Source: an uncultured Candidatus Rokubacteria bacterium
Lineage (GTDB): Bacteria > Methylomirabilota > Methylomirabilia > Rokubacteriales > DASRDR01
Length of the DNA: 64,000 nt
NCBI GenBank assembly: GCA_963708025.1
Contig: CAVPSB010000012.1
Span: 288,001 to 352,000, forward strand
Reading direction: 5' to 3'
This document shows positions 23,615 through 32,800 of this stretch, piece after piece. A program made the position numbers and the translations under genes. How positions within the stretch are numbered: the stretch's first letter is position 1; every line of letters starts with the position of its first letter. The notes under the pieces were generated by a model. The model had not been told where the DNA came from, made no database searches, and was given only the letters and a program-made list of their open reading frames with translations.

Positions 23615-24382
23615 TCAGTCCGCGTAGGAAGGATCCTTGGCGTCCAGGATCCGCTTCATCTCCTCGAAGTGGGAGAAGGCCGCGCCCTTGTAGTCGTCCC
23701 AGCCGCGCGCGGTGCGCTCGGCCACGTCCGGCGGCATGACGTTGAGCTTCTGGCCGGTCGAGTAGGCGAGCACCAGCGTCTGGCAGGCGCGCTCCAGGTA
23801 GTAGAGGTCGTCGAAGGCCTCCGCCACCGTCTCGGCCACCACCAGGACCCCGTGGTTGCCGAGCATCAGGCGGCGCTTGTCGCCCAGCATGCGAACCAGC
23901 CGCCGGCCCTCCTCGTCGTTGTCGGCGATGCCGCCGTAGTTCAGGTCGATCGCGATGCGGTTGTAGTAGCGGGCGGTGTTCTGCTCGATCGGCTTGATCT
24001 CGGGATCGGCCAGGGCGGCCACGGCGGTGGCGTAGGCCGGGTGGACGTGGAGGATGCAGCGCGCGTGCGGCAAGGCGGCGTGAATGTGGCCATGGATGCA
24101 CCACGCGGAGGGATCGGGCGCGTCGGGGCGGCTCATGGTCTCCCGGTCGTCGGCGTCGAGCAGCAGCAGGTCACTCGCCTTGACGCGCGAGAAGTGCCGC
24201 CAGCGCGGGTTCATGAGGAACTTCTTGCCGTCGGCCAGCACGGCCAGGCTGAAGTGGTTGGCCACCGCCTCGTGCCAGCCGAGCTCGGCCGCCAGCCGGA
24301 AGGCGGCCGCCAGATCGACGCGCAGCTGACGCTCCGCCGATTCACCCCATCGGTCCCCCTTGGCGTCGATCGTGGTGGCCAT
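23615..24382 (-). CDS. Class II aldolase/adducin family protein
   Basis: RVDLAAAFRL, NHFS, IHGHIH, CILHVH, LMLGNHGVLV, YYLERAC. Confidence 0.92.
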   Translation of the reverse strand: MATTIDAKGDRWGESAERQLRVDLAAAFRLAAELGWHEAVANHFSLAVLADGKKFLMNPRWRHFSRVKASDLLLLDADDRETMSRPDAPDPSAWCIHGHIHAALPHARCILHVHPAYATAVAALADPEIKPIEQNTARYYNRIAIDLNYGGIADNDEEGRRLVRMLGDKRRLMLGNHGVLVVAETVAEAFDDLYYLERACQTLVLAYSTGQKLNVMPPDVAERTARGWDDYKGAAFSHFEEMKRILDAKDPSYAD

Positions 24383-24434
24383 GGTTCCTTCCTGTGTTCG
24401 GGATGCGCGCATGGTCGTGGAACTCGGCTCCCCG

Positions 24435-24443
24435 ACTATACCA
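24435..24443 (-). promoter_or_regulatory. Extended -10 promoter for the aldolase gene
   Basis: Minus strand TG-G-TATAGT about 50 nt upstream of ATG 24382. Confidence 0.5.
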
Positions 24444-24485
24444 CCAGGGCCCTGGCGGCGATCTCCCCAGACCCTGGATGTTCTT

Positions 24486-24584
24486 GAGAGCGTGTCAGGG
24501 CACGACGTCCTCCAACTCCCCCCTCCCCGGCCAAGGCCGGTGGGTCGGGGGGAGGGGGGTTGGGGGGTAGGAGGGAGGTCCCGA
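24486..24584 (+). repeat. Intergenic repeat family B, copy 2
   Basis: GAGAGCGTG...TCCTCCAACTCCCCCCTCCCC...GGGGGGAGGGGGGTTGGGGGGTAGGAGGGAGGTCCCGA; 3' part matches copy at 55524. Confidence 0.88.
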
Positions 24585-24589
24585 AGATC

Positions 24590-25510
24590 TCAGTCGGCAC
24601 GGACCACCTTGCCCGATGGCAGGCCGGGCAGGGGGCCGGTGTAGAAGGGCAGCTGATCGACGCGCGGCCTCCACGAGCCGTCGTCGATACACTGGCGGGC
24701 GTGAGCGGCGATGTCGTCGAGGCGGGCGAACCAGACGCCTCCCTTGTTTTTCATGTACTCGATCATGTCGGTCGCGGCATCCCACCGTGACGACCGGCCC
24801 GACACGAAGGGGTGCCACACCGCGATCCACAAGCCCCCGTGACGCCAGGCCGCGTCGAACTCGGCGCGGAACACTTCGACCGCCCGTTCGGGCGAGGCGA
24901 TGGGCATCATGTAGTTGAACTCTCTCAGGCAGACATACTGCGTCCAGTCGTCCAGGGACACGTCGGAGGGCAGCTCGAGGAGACGGCCCCGATCGCCGGC
25001 CAGGACATACGGAATGTCGTGACCGCACAGCGACGCGTCGTACGTGAAGCCTTCGTCCAGGAGGAGGTCGAGGGTGTGGCGGGAGAACGCGTAGGACGGC
25101 GCGCGATAGCCCCGGGGGCGCTCACCGGTGGCGTTCGTGATGCTCGTGATCGCCCGTCGGAGCCAGTCGCGCTCCTCGTCGCGGCTGAGCTGGTTGGGCC
25201 TCTCGTGCATGTAGCCGTGATGCGCCACCTCGTGTCCGTGGGACACGATGAGCTCGATGGCTCTCGGATATTGTTCGATGCACCAGCCCGGAACAAAGAA
25301 CGTCTGCCGGAGGCCGAGCCGCTCGAACGTGGCCACGATCCGCGGTACCGCGACCTCGGGTCCGTAGCGAAGCATGGACGAGAGCGCGAGCCGGTTGTGG
25401 GCGGTCTCGCCCAGATAGATGTGGAGCAGGCTCTCGGCGTCCATGTCGAAGGTGAAGGCGACGGCGCAGCGTGCGCCGTTCGGCCACGGAATCGGATTCT
25501 CGATCATCAC
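24590..25510 (-). CDS. Polysaccharide deacetylase (CE4, PuuE/PgdA-like) family protein
   Basis: WPNGARCAVAFTFDMD, TFFVPG, HEVAHHGYMHE, GYRAP, YDAS, WHPFVSGR. Confidence 0.9.
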   Translation of the reverse strand: MMIENPIPWPNGARCAVAFTFDMDAESLLHIYLGETAHNRLALSSMLRYGPEVAVPRIVATFERLGLRQTFFVPGWCIEQYPRAIELIVSHGHEVAHHGYMHERPNQLSRDEERDWLRRAITSITNATGERPRGYRAPSYAFSRHTLDLLLDEGFTYDASLCGHDIPYVLAGDRGRLLELPSDVSLDDWTQYVCLREFNYMMPIASPERAVEVFRAEFDAAWRHGGLWIAVWHPFVSGRSSRWDAATDMIEYMKNKGGVWFARLDDIAAHARQCIDDGSWRPRVDQLPFYTGPLPGLPSGKVVRAD

Positions 25511-25683
25511 GAGCTCCTTTCAGGCCGGATGGCCCCTGGGCGGACCGGCCGATGGTAGCGTGGCCACGGCGCCGTCGGCAAGGACGCGGCCGCGGCGCCC
25601 CGCCGATGCCCGGGACTCGTCTGAACTGAGCGACCTCGCTGCAGCCGGAACCTCCCGCGCGAAGCCGATCTCGCCGGCAGGCC

Positions 25684-25713
25684 TTGACAAGGTGTCGCGA
25701 CGGAGTACAGACT
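25684..25713 (+). promoter_or_regulatory. Possible sigma70 promoter of the ureohydrolase/ABC operon
   Basis: TTGACA at 25684-25689, CAGACT 18 nt downstream, in a divergent intergenic region. Confidence 0.35.
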
Positions 25714-25761
25714 GCCGGCAGCCCGGCCGACCGAGAGGGCGTGCGCACAGGGGAATCTCGA

Positions 25762-26811
25762 GTGACCTACCCCGACTGGACCGACATCCGCAACTCCAAC
25801 TTCGCGCGGGCCCGCTTCTTCCCCCTCATCGAAGAGGACATGCCCACGTTCATGGGACTCCCCCTGGCGACGTCGCCGGCCGATCTCCGGGGGACGGACG
25901 CGGTGATCATCGGCGCGCCGTACGTCGCCGGCTGGAGCCAGTACGCGGGTGTCGGGAAGAGCGAATGGCTGGCGGGCCCGAAGCGCGTGCGCCAGCAGTC
26001 GATCCGCTACGGGTCGGGCTACATCCAGGACTTCGACCTCGACGTGTTCGAGCACCTGCGCGTGGTCGACTTCGGCGACGCCCGGATTCCTCCCGAGGCG
26101 AACGAGAAGCCCACGGTGGAGAACATCCTCCGGGCGCAGGCGGCGGTCGAGGAGAAGGTGGGCCAGGTGCTCGAGGCCGGCGCCATCCCCATCGTCATCG
26201 GCCAGAACTCGCCGTGCGGGTCGTACGCGATCGCCAAGCCCATCGCCGAGCGAACCCGGGGGAACGTGGGGGTGATCAGCCTCGACACGCACTGGGATGC
26301 CCAGCCGATCGACAAGTTGACGATGGACGCCCGCATCGCGGGGGCCGCCAGCTGGAAGCGGAAGATGTACGAGTTCCACGAGAACATCACGGTGCCCAAC
26401 CTCGTGGAGATCGGCGAGCGGGGACTGCTGGAGGACAAGCAGACGGTCCGGGAGTTCATCAAGCGGGGGGCGCACTTCTATCCGATGTGGACCGTCCGGA
26501 CCCAGCTCGGCATCGACGGGTTGTGCCACGAGCTGCGCCACGCCTACGAGGGCACCGACGCCGTGTACGTCCACTTCGACATGGATGTCCTCGGGGGCGC
26601 CGGGCCCGCCCCCGGCGACATCCTGGGCGAGCTGGCCGAGCCGATCGGGATGACGGACTACGAGGTGATCCGCCTGGCCTTCGAGATCGGCAAGCGCGGG
26701 CTCAGCGGCCTGTCGTTCATCTGCATCCCGCCGGGGTCCGCGGTCATCTACCGCGCGATCGTCTACGTGATCATGTACCTGCTGGCCGGGCGGGTGCTCT
26801 CCGCGAAGTAG
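25762..26811 (+). CDS. Arginase/agmatinase (ureohydrolase) family protein, atypical
   Basis: PTFMGLP, IIGAPY, GPKRVRQQS, VVDFGD, LDTHWD, VEIGER, VYVHFDMDVL; GGDH motif replaced by GQNS. Confidence 0.85.
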   Translation: MTYPDWTDIRNSNFARARFFPLIEEDMPTFMGLPLATSPADLRGTDAVIIGAPYVAGWSQYAGVGKSEWLAGPKRVRQQSIRYGSGYIQDFDLDVFEHLRVVDFGDARIPPEANEKPTVENILRAQAAVEEKVGQVLEAGAIPIVIGQNSPCGSYAIAKPIAERTRGNVGVISLDTHWDAQPIDKLTMDARIAGAASWKRKMYEFHENITVPNLVEIGERGLLEDKQTVREFIKRGAHFYPMWTVRTQLGIDGLCHELRHAYEGTDAVYVHFDMDVLGGAGPAPGDILGELAEPIGMTDYEVIRLAFEIGKRGLSGLSFICIPPGSAVIYRAIVYVIMYLLAGRVLSAK

Positions 26812-26864
26812 CGCGCCGCCAACGCCGCCGGCGCGCCGTGGTGTGAGCCGAGGACCGGGACATT

Positions 26865-26905
26865 CAACATTGGCAACATTGGCAACATTGGCAACATTGG
26901 CAACA
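26865..26905. repeat. 9-bp tandem repeat (CAACATTGG)x4.5
   Basis: Four perfect units plus CAACA, directly before the GGGGAGG RBS of the next gene. Confidence 0.97.
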
Positions 26906-26915
26906 GGGGAGGCAC

Positions 26916-27768
26916 GTGATGGGGATCGGACGGAAGGCGTGGCGGGTCCTGGCGGCGGCGGTCATCGTCGGCTCCTTGCTCCTCGGTGCGTCGACCGCGT
27001 CCGCCGGGCTGTGGGACGACATCAAGAAGCGGGGCAAGGTGGTCGTCGCGACCGAAGCCCAGTACTACCCGTTCGAGTTCGTCGAGGGCGGCAAGATCGT
27101 CGGGTACCACAAGGACGTGCTCGACCGGATCATCGCGGCCTGGGGCGTCCAGATGGAACAGCTCGATCTGCCCTTCACCGGCATCCTTCCCGGGCTGCTC
27201 CAGAAGAAGTACGACTTCGTGGCGACCGCTCTGATCATCAACCCCGAGCGCGCCGGGCGATATGCCTTCACCATGCCGCTGGCCGAGGTGAAGGTGGGAG
27301 TGCTGAAGCGGAAGGGTGACGCGAAGGTCAAGTCGGTGAGCGACCTCAGCGGGCTGGTGGTGGGGACGGTGCCGCCGACGGGCGGGCCGGCCCAGTTCCT
27401 GCTGAAGTACAACGAGACGCTGAAAGCCGGCGGCAAGGGGGCCGCGGACGTCAAGCACTTCCAGAGCTCCCCCGACATCGCCGTCGCCCTGGCGAACCGT
27501 CAGGTCGACGTGATGGTCGAACAGCGTGCCACCGCTCCTGGGCGCCATGAAGACCTCCCCGAACAGCTTCGAGATGGTCGGCACGATCGGCGACCCGTTC
27601 TGGGAGGGGTGGGTCACCCGGCCGGAGGACACCGACCTCCGCGACGCCATCAACGCGGAGATCCGGAAGCTCCGGGACAGCGGGGCGCTGAAGCAGTTCC
27701 AGCAGAAATGGTTCGGCTACACGATGGAGGTTCCGACCTCGGGTTACCTGCCGCCCGGAGCGAAGTGA
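26916..27768 (+). CDS. Polar amino acid ABC substrate-binding protein (family 3), frameshift near 27525
   Basis: IKKRGKVVVATEAQYYPFEF, ILPGLLQKKYD; continues in ORF 27526..27768 to LKQFQQKWFG. Confidence 0.88.
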
Positions 27769-27909
27769 TCCCGACCGCCGGCGCATGAGCCGGCTCGTGA
27801 AGGGAGGCCCCGGCCGGGCGAGACCGGGCGGGCGGGGCTTGGCCGGTGCCGGGGTGGCGGCGTTCCGCGACCCCGGCACCGGCCGCGGGACACCCGGCGG
27901 TTCGCCCGC

Positions 27910-28569
27910 GTGAAGCTCGAGTTCCGGTACGCGGTCGATGCGTTGCCCGCGCTCCTCCAGGGCGCCCTCGTCACCCTGGAGACGTCGCTGCTGGCGGTCA
28001 TCCTCGGCGTCGGCGTGGGAATCGGCCTCACCGTCCTCCGGCAGACGGCCGTCCGGCCGGTCGAGTGGGCCTGCCAGGCCTACATGAGCGTCATGCGCGG
28101 CACCCCGCTGTTCATCCAGGTCCTGATGGTGTACTACGTCCTGCCGGCGGTGGGCCTCGACATCCCGCGATTCTTCGCCGGGGTCATCGCGCTGAGCCTG
28201 AACAGCGGCGCCTACGTCACCGAGATCCTGCGCGGCGGGCTGAGCGCGATCCCGCGCGGCCAGGTCGACGCGGCCCGGTCGGTCGGCATGCCGCGCTCGC
28301 TCATCTGGCGGCACATCCTCCTGCCGCAGACGTTCGTCCTGGTGCTGCCGCCCCTGACCGTCGAGTTCACCAGCCTGCTCAAGGCGTCGGCCCTGCTTTC
28401 CGTCATTGCGGTGGTCGAGCTGACGCGCACCGCCCAGCAGATCGTCGCGGCCACCTTCCGGCCGGTGGAGCTCTGGCTGGTTACCGGAGCGCTCTACTTC
28501 GTCATGTGCTTCACGCTCGGTGGTGCCGCCCGGTGGCTCGAGCAGCGGGCCGCCGTGTACCGAGCCTGA
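27910..28569 (+). CDS. Polar amino acid ABC permease
   Basis: [30 protein letters not shown]. Confidence 0.93.
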   Translation: MKLEFRYAVDALPALLQGALVTLETSLLAVILGVGVGIGLTVLRQTAVRPVEWACQAYMSVMRGTPLFIQVLMVYYVLPAVGLDIPRFFAGVIALSLNSGAYVTEILRGGLSAIPRGQVDAARSVGMPRSLIWRHILLPQTFVLVLPPLTVEFTSLLKASALLSVIAVVELTRTAQQIVAATFRPVELWLVTGALYFVMCFTLGGAARWLEQRAAVYRA

Positions 28570-28581
28570 CCGGCGGCCGCC

Positions 28582-29286
28582 ATGACGTTCGACCTGTCGG
28601 TCATCGCCCAGAACTGGCCGATCTTCGTCCGGGGCTTCGGCACCACGCTTCTCTGCTCCGTCCTCGCCATCGCCGCCGGTCTGGTCGTGGGAGGGGTCAT
28701 CGCGCTCGGGCGGCTGTCGCGCCGTTCGTGGCTCCGGTGGCCGGCGTCCGTGTACGTCGAGGTCATCCGCGACACCCCCTTCCTGGTCCAGGCCTTCCTC
28801 ATCTACTTCCTGCTGCCCCGCTACGAGATCCGGCTGCCCGCCACCACCGCCGGGATCATCGCGCTGGCGCTCTACGCGGCGGCCGGCTTCGCCGAGTCCA
28901 TCCGGGGGGCGATTCTGTCCGTCGCCCGCGGCCAGGTGGAGGCGGCCCGCGCTGCCGGCATGTCGCAGCTCCTGACCATGCGGCGGATCGTGACCCCGCA
29001 GATGATGGGCTATCTCGTCCCGTCGCTGACGAACCAGTTCATCGGCATCGTGAAGGAATCGTCGGTGCTGTCGATCATCACCGTCACGGAGCTGACCATG
29101 GCCAGCTCCATCGTGCTGGGTCAGACGTTCGCCGCGGTCGAGGCGTACAGCGTGGTCGCGCTGCTCTACTGGGGGGTCGCGCTGGCGATTGCCCTCGCCA
29201 TGGGATCCCTCGAGCGGTGGACGCCGGGTCGCCGTCGGGCGGCCGGGCGGTTGGCACCGCTGCTGAGCGGAAGCCGGGAGTCATGA
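28582..29286 (+). CDS. Polar amino acid ABC permease
   Basis: [33 protein letters not shown]. Confidence 0.93.
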   Translation: MTFDLSVIAQNWPIFVRGFGTTLLCSVLAIAAGLVVGGVIALGRLSRRSWLRWPASVYVEVIRDTPFLVQAFLIYFLLPRYEIRLPATTAGIIALALYAAAGFAESIRGAILSVARGQVEAARAAGMSQLLTMRRIVTPQMMGYLVPSLTNQFIGIVKESSVLSIITVTELTMASSIVLGQTFAAVEAYSVVALLYWGVALAIALAMGSLERWTPGRRRAAGRLAPLLSGSRES

Positions 29287-30080
29287 GTACGGTCCCGGTC
29301 GCCCGGCGGCCGGTCATCCAGGTCACCGGGCTGCACAAGTGGTTCGGCCCCCTGCACGTGCTGCGGGGCATCGACATGGAGGTCGGCTGGGGCGAGAAGG
29401 TCTGCATCATCGGCCCCAGCGGGTCCGGGAAGAGCACGCTGCTCCGGTGCATCAACTTCCTGGAGGAGCCCCAGCGGGGCACGATCCTCCTGGATGGCGA
29501 GCCCATGGGATTCGTGGAGGAGCCGGGGGGGCGGCGGCGGCGTGAAGCCGAAGCGACCGTCAACCGCCGGCGGGCGAAGATCGGCATGGTATTCCAGAGC
29601 TTCAATCTCTGGACCCACATGACCGTCACGCAGAATCTCGTCGAGGCGCCGGTGTACGTGAAGGGAGAGACTCGCCCGGTGGCCGAGGCGCGCGCCGACC
29701 GGCTCCTCCGGCGCGTCGGGCTGCTCGACAAGCGGGACGCCTACCCGGCCCAGCTTTCCGGCGGCCAGCAGCAGCGGGTGGCGATCGCCCGGGCGCTGGC
29801 CATGGAGCCGTCGGTGATCCTGTTCGACGAGCCGACGTCGGCCCTGGATCCCGAGCTGGTCGGTGAGGTCCTGGCGGTCATGGAGGACCTCGCCCGGGAG
29901 GGGATGACGATGGTGATCGTCACGCACGAGATGGCGTTCGCGGAGGAGGTGGCCGACCGCGTGATCTTCATGGACGAGGGCGTGATCGTGGAGCAGGGGC
30001 CGGCCCGCGACCTCTTCAAGGAGCCGAAGAGCGAGCGCACCGGGCAGTTTCTGGCCAAGGTCATCCGGCGGAGGACCTGA
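29283..30080 (+). CDS. Polar amino acid ABC ATP-binding protein (GlnQ-like)
   Basis: [41 protein letters not shown]. Confidence 0.95.
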   Translation: MSTVPVARRPVIQVTGLHKWFGPLHVLRGIDMEVGWGEKVCIIGPSGSGKSTLLRCINFLEEPQRGTILLDGEPMGFVEEPGGRRRREAEATVNRRRAKIGMVFQSFNLWTHMTVTQNLVEAPVYVKGETRPVAEARADRLLRRVGLLDKRDAYPAQLSGGQQQRVAIARALAMEPSVILFDEPTSALDPELVGEVLAVMEDLAREGMTMVIVTHEMAFAEEVADRVIFMDEGVIVEQGPARDLFKEPKSERTGQFLAKVIRRRT

Positions 30081-30188
30081 GCGCGGGTGTGAAGCAGTCG
30101 GGAGCATCCGACTCCCCCCTCCCCCCGGTGGGTGGGGGAGGGGGGCCAAAGGCCGAAGGCCGTCGACGGATCGGGTGGGCGGGAGGTT
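30079..30188 (+). repeat. Intergenic repeat family B, copy 3
   Basis: CCGACTCCCCCTCCCCC..GGGGGAGGGGG, CCAAAGGCCGAAGGCCGT, GGATCGGGTGGGCGGGAGGT directly before ATG 30191. Confidence 0.88.
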
Positions 30189-30190
30189 AC

Positions 30191-30982
30191 ATGGACGGGA
30201 CGGTGGCGAACCGGCACGCGATCGTGACGGGGGCGGCGCAGGGGCTGGGCCTGGCCATCGCCCGCGCGCTCGCCGAGGGCGGGGCCCGGGTCCTGCTCTC
30301 GGACATCCAGGCGGAGAAGGTGGAGGCGGCGGCCCGCGATCTCCCCGGCGGGCCGGGCCGGCACGCGGCGGCGGTCGCCGACGTCACCTCGGCCGACCAG
30401 GTCGCGGCGATGGTCGCCGCGGCGAAGGCGGCGTTCGGTCGCGTCGACATCCTCGTCAACAACGCCGGCGGCAGCGGCACCGTCGGCGTGGCGGACATCG
30501 AGGACACGAGCGAGGCGGTGTGGGACCGCATCGTCGGCACCAACCTGAAGGGGGCGTTCCTGTGCTGCCGGGCGGCGGTGCCGCTGATGAAGGCGCAGCG
30601 CTACGGCCGCATCGTCAACCTGTCGTCGGTGGCCGCCCGCGGCAGCTTCGGGCCCCTCCTCACGGTTGGGGCCCGGCTGCCGTACTGCGCGGCGAAGGCG
30701 GGCGTGCAGGGGCTCACGTATCAGCTCGCGCGCGACCTCGGCCCCTGGAACATCACGGTCAACGTGGTGGTGCCGGGGTTCACGCTCACGGAGCCCGGCG
30801 CCCGCGTGCATCGCCAGTTCCACGAGCTGAGCGAGGCCGAGCGCCAGGCGCTGATCGGCCCCCTGCCGCTCGGCCGGCCGGGCGAGCCGCGCGACATCGC
30901 GGGGGCGGTGCGCTTCCTCGCCTCGGACGAGGCCGGGTACGTCTCCGGGGCCACCCTGGAGGTCAGCGGGGCCGCCCCCTAG
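30191..30982 (+). CDS. Short-chain dehydrogenase/reductase (FabG-like)
   Basis: TGAAQGLG, LVNNAG, VNLSS, YCAAK (YxxxK). Confidence 0.93.
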   Translation: MDGTVANRHAIVTGAAQGLGLAIARALAEGGARVLLSDIQAEKVEAAARDLPGGPGRHAAAVADVTSADQVAAMVAAAKAAFGRVDILVNNAGGSGTVGVADIEDTSEAVWDRIVGTNLKGAFLCCRAAVPLMKAQRYGRIVNLSSVAARGSFGPLLTVGARLPYCAAKAGVQGLTYQLARDLGPWNITVNVVVPGFTLTEPGARVHRQFHELSEAERQALIGPLPLGRPGEPRDIAGAVRFLASDEAGYVSGATLEVSGAAP

Positions 30983-30992
30983 CCCCCTCCTA

Positions 30993-31031
30993 CCCTCTCC
31001 CCCGTCAGGGGGAGAGGGCAGGGTGAGGGGG
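30993..31031. repeat. REP-like palindrome family D, copy 2
   Basis: CCCTCTCCCCC-GTCA-GGGGGAGAGGG followed by CAGGGTGAGGG. Confidence 0.75.
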
Positions 31032-31070
31032 TGACGCGAGCGGACAGGAGTCGAGCATGAGGCGAGGCAC

Positions 31071-31751
31071 ATGAGCGTGTCGGTTCCCGGCCAGCCCTTT
31101 CCGTTTCCGCGGCGCGGCGTCCTCCGGCCGGACGACACCGCCGTCTTCGTGATCGACATGCAGCGCGACTTCTGCGCCGAGGGCGGGTACATGGATCGCC
31201 TCGGCGCCGACCTGGGGCCGCTCCGGGCCCCGATCGCACCGATCCAGCGCGTCCTGCGAGCGGTGCGGTCACGCGGCTATCGCGTCGCCCACACCCGCGA
31301 GGGCTATGGCGCCGACCTCGGGGACGTCCAGCGCTGGAAGCTGGCCGACCGCGTCAGGATCGGCGATCCCGGGCCGCTGGGCCGGGCGCTGATCCGCGGC
31401 GAGCCGGGCTGGGAGACCGTTCCGGAGCTCCAGCCGCTGCCCGGCGAGCCCGTGTTCGACAAGCCGGGGTACGGGGTGTTCGCGTTCACGGACGTGGACG
31501 CGACGTTGCGGGCCTGGGGCGTCGAGCACGTCGTCCTGACCGGCGTGACCACCGATTGCTGCGTGCATTCGATCCTGCGGGAGGCGCTGGACCGGGGCTA
31601 CGACTGCCTCGTGCTCGAGGACTGCGTCGGCGCCTCGAGCCGGCAGTACCACGAGGCCGCGCTGTCACTGGTCAAGAAGGCCAGCGGGGTCTTCGGCACC
31701 GTCTCGGACTCGGCGACGTTCATCGGAGCGCTCGGCGACACGTCGCCCTGA
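31071..31751 (+). CDS. Cysteine hydrolase (isochorismatase family), biuret hydrolase BiuH-like
   Basis: D-K-C triad in IDMQRDF, DKPG and GVTTDCCV; HTREG, IGDPGPLGR, RGEPGW, DRGYDC and GVFG segments typical of the BiuH clade. Confidence 0.85.
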   Translation: MSVSVPGQPFPFPRRGVLRPDDTAVFVIDMQRDFCAEGGYMDRLGADLGPLRAPIAPIQRVLRAVRSRGYRVAHTREGYGADLGDVQRWKLADRVRIGDPGPLGRALIRGEPGWETVPELQPLPGEPVFDKPGYGVFAFTDVDATLRAWGVEHVVLTGVTTDCCVHSILREALDRGYDCLVLEDCVGASSRQYHEAALSLVKKASGVFGTVSDSATFIGALGDTSP

Positions 31752-31834
31752 GGGTGCCGCTGAGCCGTAGTCCACGAGGCCTGGACGGCCCAGGGAAGTC
31801 TCCGTCAGGGTTGACTCGCGCTGGCGTTCACCTC

Positions 31835-32197
31835 TCAAGTGTTCGGCGCGGTCCTTCTCAGGAACAGCACCTGCTCGGCCAGCCCTTCAGGATGGGTAGC
31901 TGCGCACGCCGCGATCGCGTCGGCCAGCGCGGCGAACTCGTCACCCCGAAAGCTCGCAGGAACCAGGATGATACCGGCGTACGACTCTTGGCGGTTGATC
32001 AGCTGGTGGACGATCTCGAGGAAGTCCGTGACGTTCCGCGTGACCAGGCAACGACCTTCTCGGGTCGCATAGCGGAGTTGCTCGAGATCGCTGCGGCCGG
32101 CCTGGCCGACCTCGTGGGCTCCCGTCGCAGCCAGACCGCGCTCGCGAAGGAGTGCAACCACCCGAGGCGAGAGGTCCTCGTCGAGGTAGAGCTTCAA
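31835..32197 (-). CDS. DUF5615/VapC45-type PIN-like toxin
   Basis: KLYLDEDLS, SDLEQLRYA, CLVTRNVTDF, AGIIL. Confidence 0.85.
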   Translation of the reverse strand: MKLYLDEDLSPRVVALLRERGLAATGAHEVGQAGRSDLEQLRYATREGRCLVTRNVTDFLEIVHQLINRQESYAGIILVPASFRGDEFAALADAIAACAATHPEGLAEQVLFLRRTAPNT

Positions 32198-32682
32198 TCG
32201 GCGAGGCGGACGAGGCCGGGATACCTTGCGACCACTCGCTCCGGGGTCAGGGCGGCATTCCAGTCGATCCTTCGCTGGACCTCGTCGGGGTAGCGGAGAA
32301 AGTAGTTCCGCGCCGCGCCGATCTGAGCCGGAGTGAGCTGGGGAAAGATTCCACGCAGCTCGTCCTCACGTTCTCCAACCGCGGCGTAGTCGCGGATGAC
32401 CTCCCACACTCCGAGCCCGGTGCCCATGATTTTGGCCGTGCGGCCCGCCGCCTCGTCCGCAAAGTAGATGCCGGGACACTCCATGGTTCGAATCGCCTCT
32501 TCCAGAAGTTGCTGGGCGACGTCCGAGACCGACCGCTGGCTCCGCTCCGCTAGATTGTCCAGGTACTTCCGCAGCCCCGCGCGGAGGCGAAACGAAGTGG
32601 TCACCAGGCGTTCCGCTCGCCCCTCGCCCTCGCGTGACGCCTGGCCGCGCCGTCGTCTTGACCGAGCTGGTCTGTCTGGCAT
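32194..32682 (-). CDS. DUF433-type antitoxin with N-terminal RHH-like segment
   Basis: TTSFRL..LRKYLDNLA..SVSDVAQQLLEEA then PGIYF..GRTAKIMGTGLGVWEVI..LTPAQIGAARNY; 4-bp overlap with toxin; TATACT on minus strand (32693-32698) 10 nt before ATG. Confidence 0.85.
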   Translation of the reverse strand: MPDRPARSRRRRGQASREGEGRAERLVTTSFRLRAGLRKYLDNLAERSQRSVSDVAQQLLEEAIRTMECPGIYFADEAAGRTAKIMGTGLGVWEVIRDYAAVGEREDELRGIFPQLTPAQIGAARNYFLRYPDEVQRRIDWNAALTPERVVARYPGLVRLAD

Positions 32683-32800
32683 TGCACGACGTAGTATACA
32701 TCGCGTTACCTGCCAGGACCAGGTATGGGATGGGTCGCGAGAGTCGGCTCCGGCTCGTGGAGGGGGCGGGCCCTAGAGGTCCGTGGCCCGGCGCGACCGG

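Noticed and set aside
26865-26905. 9-bp array as CRISPR or plasmid iterons
   Set aside because: No spacers and no rep gene; units are contiguous and short
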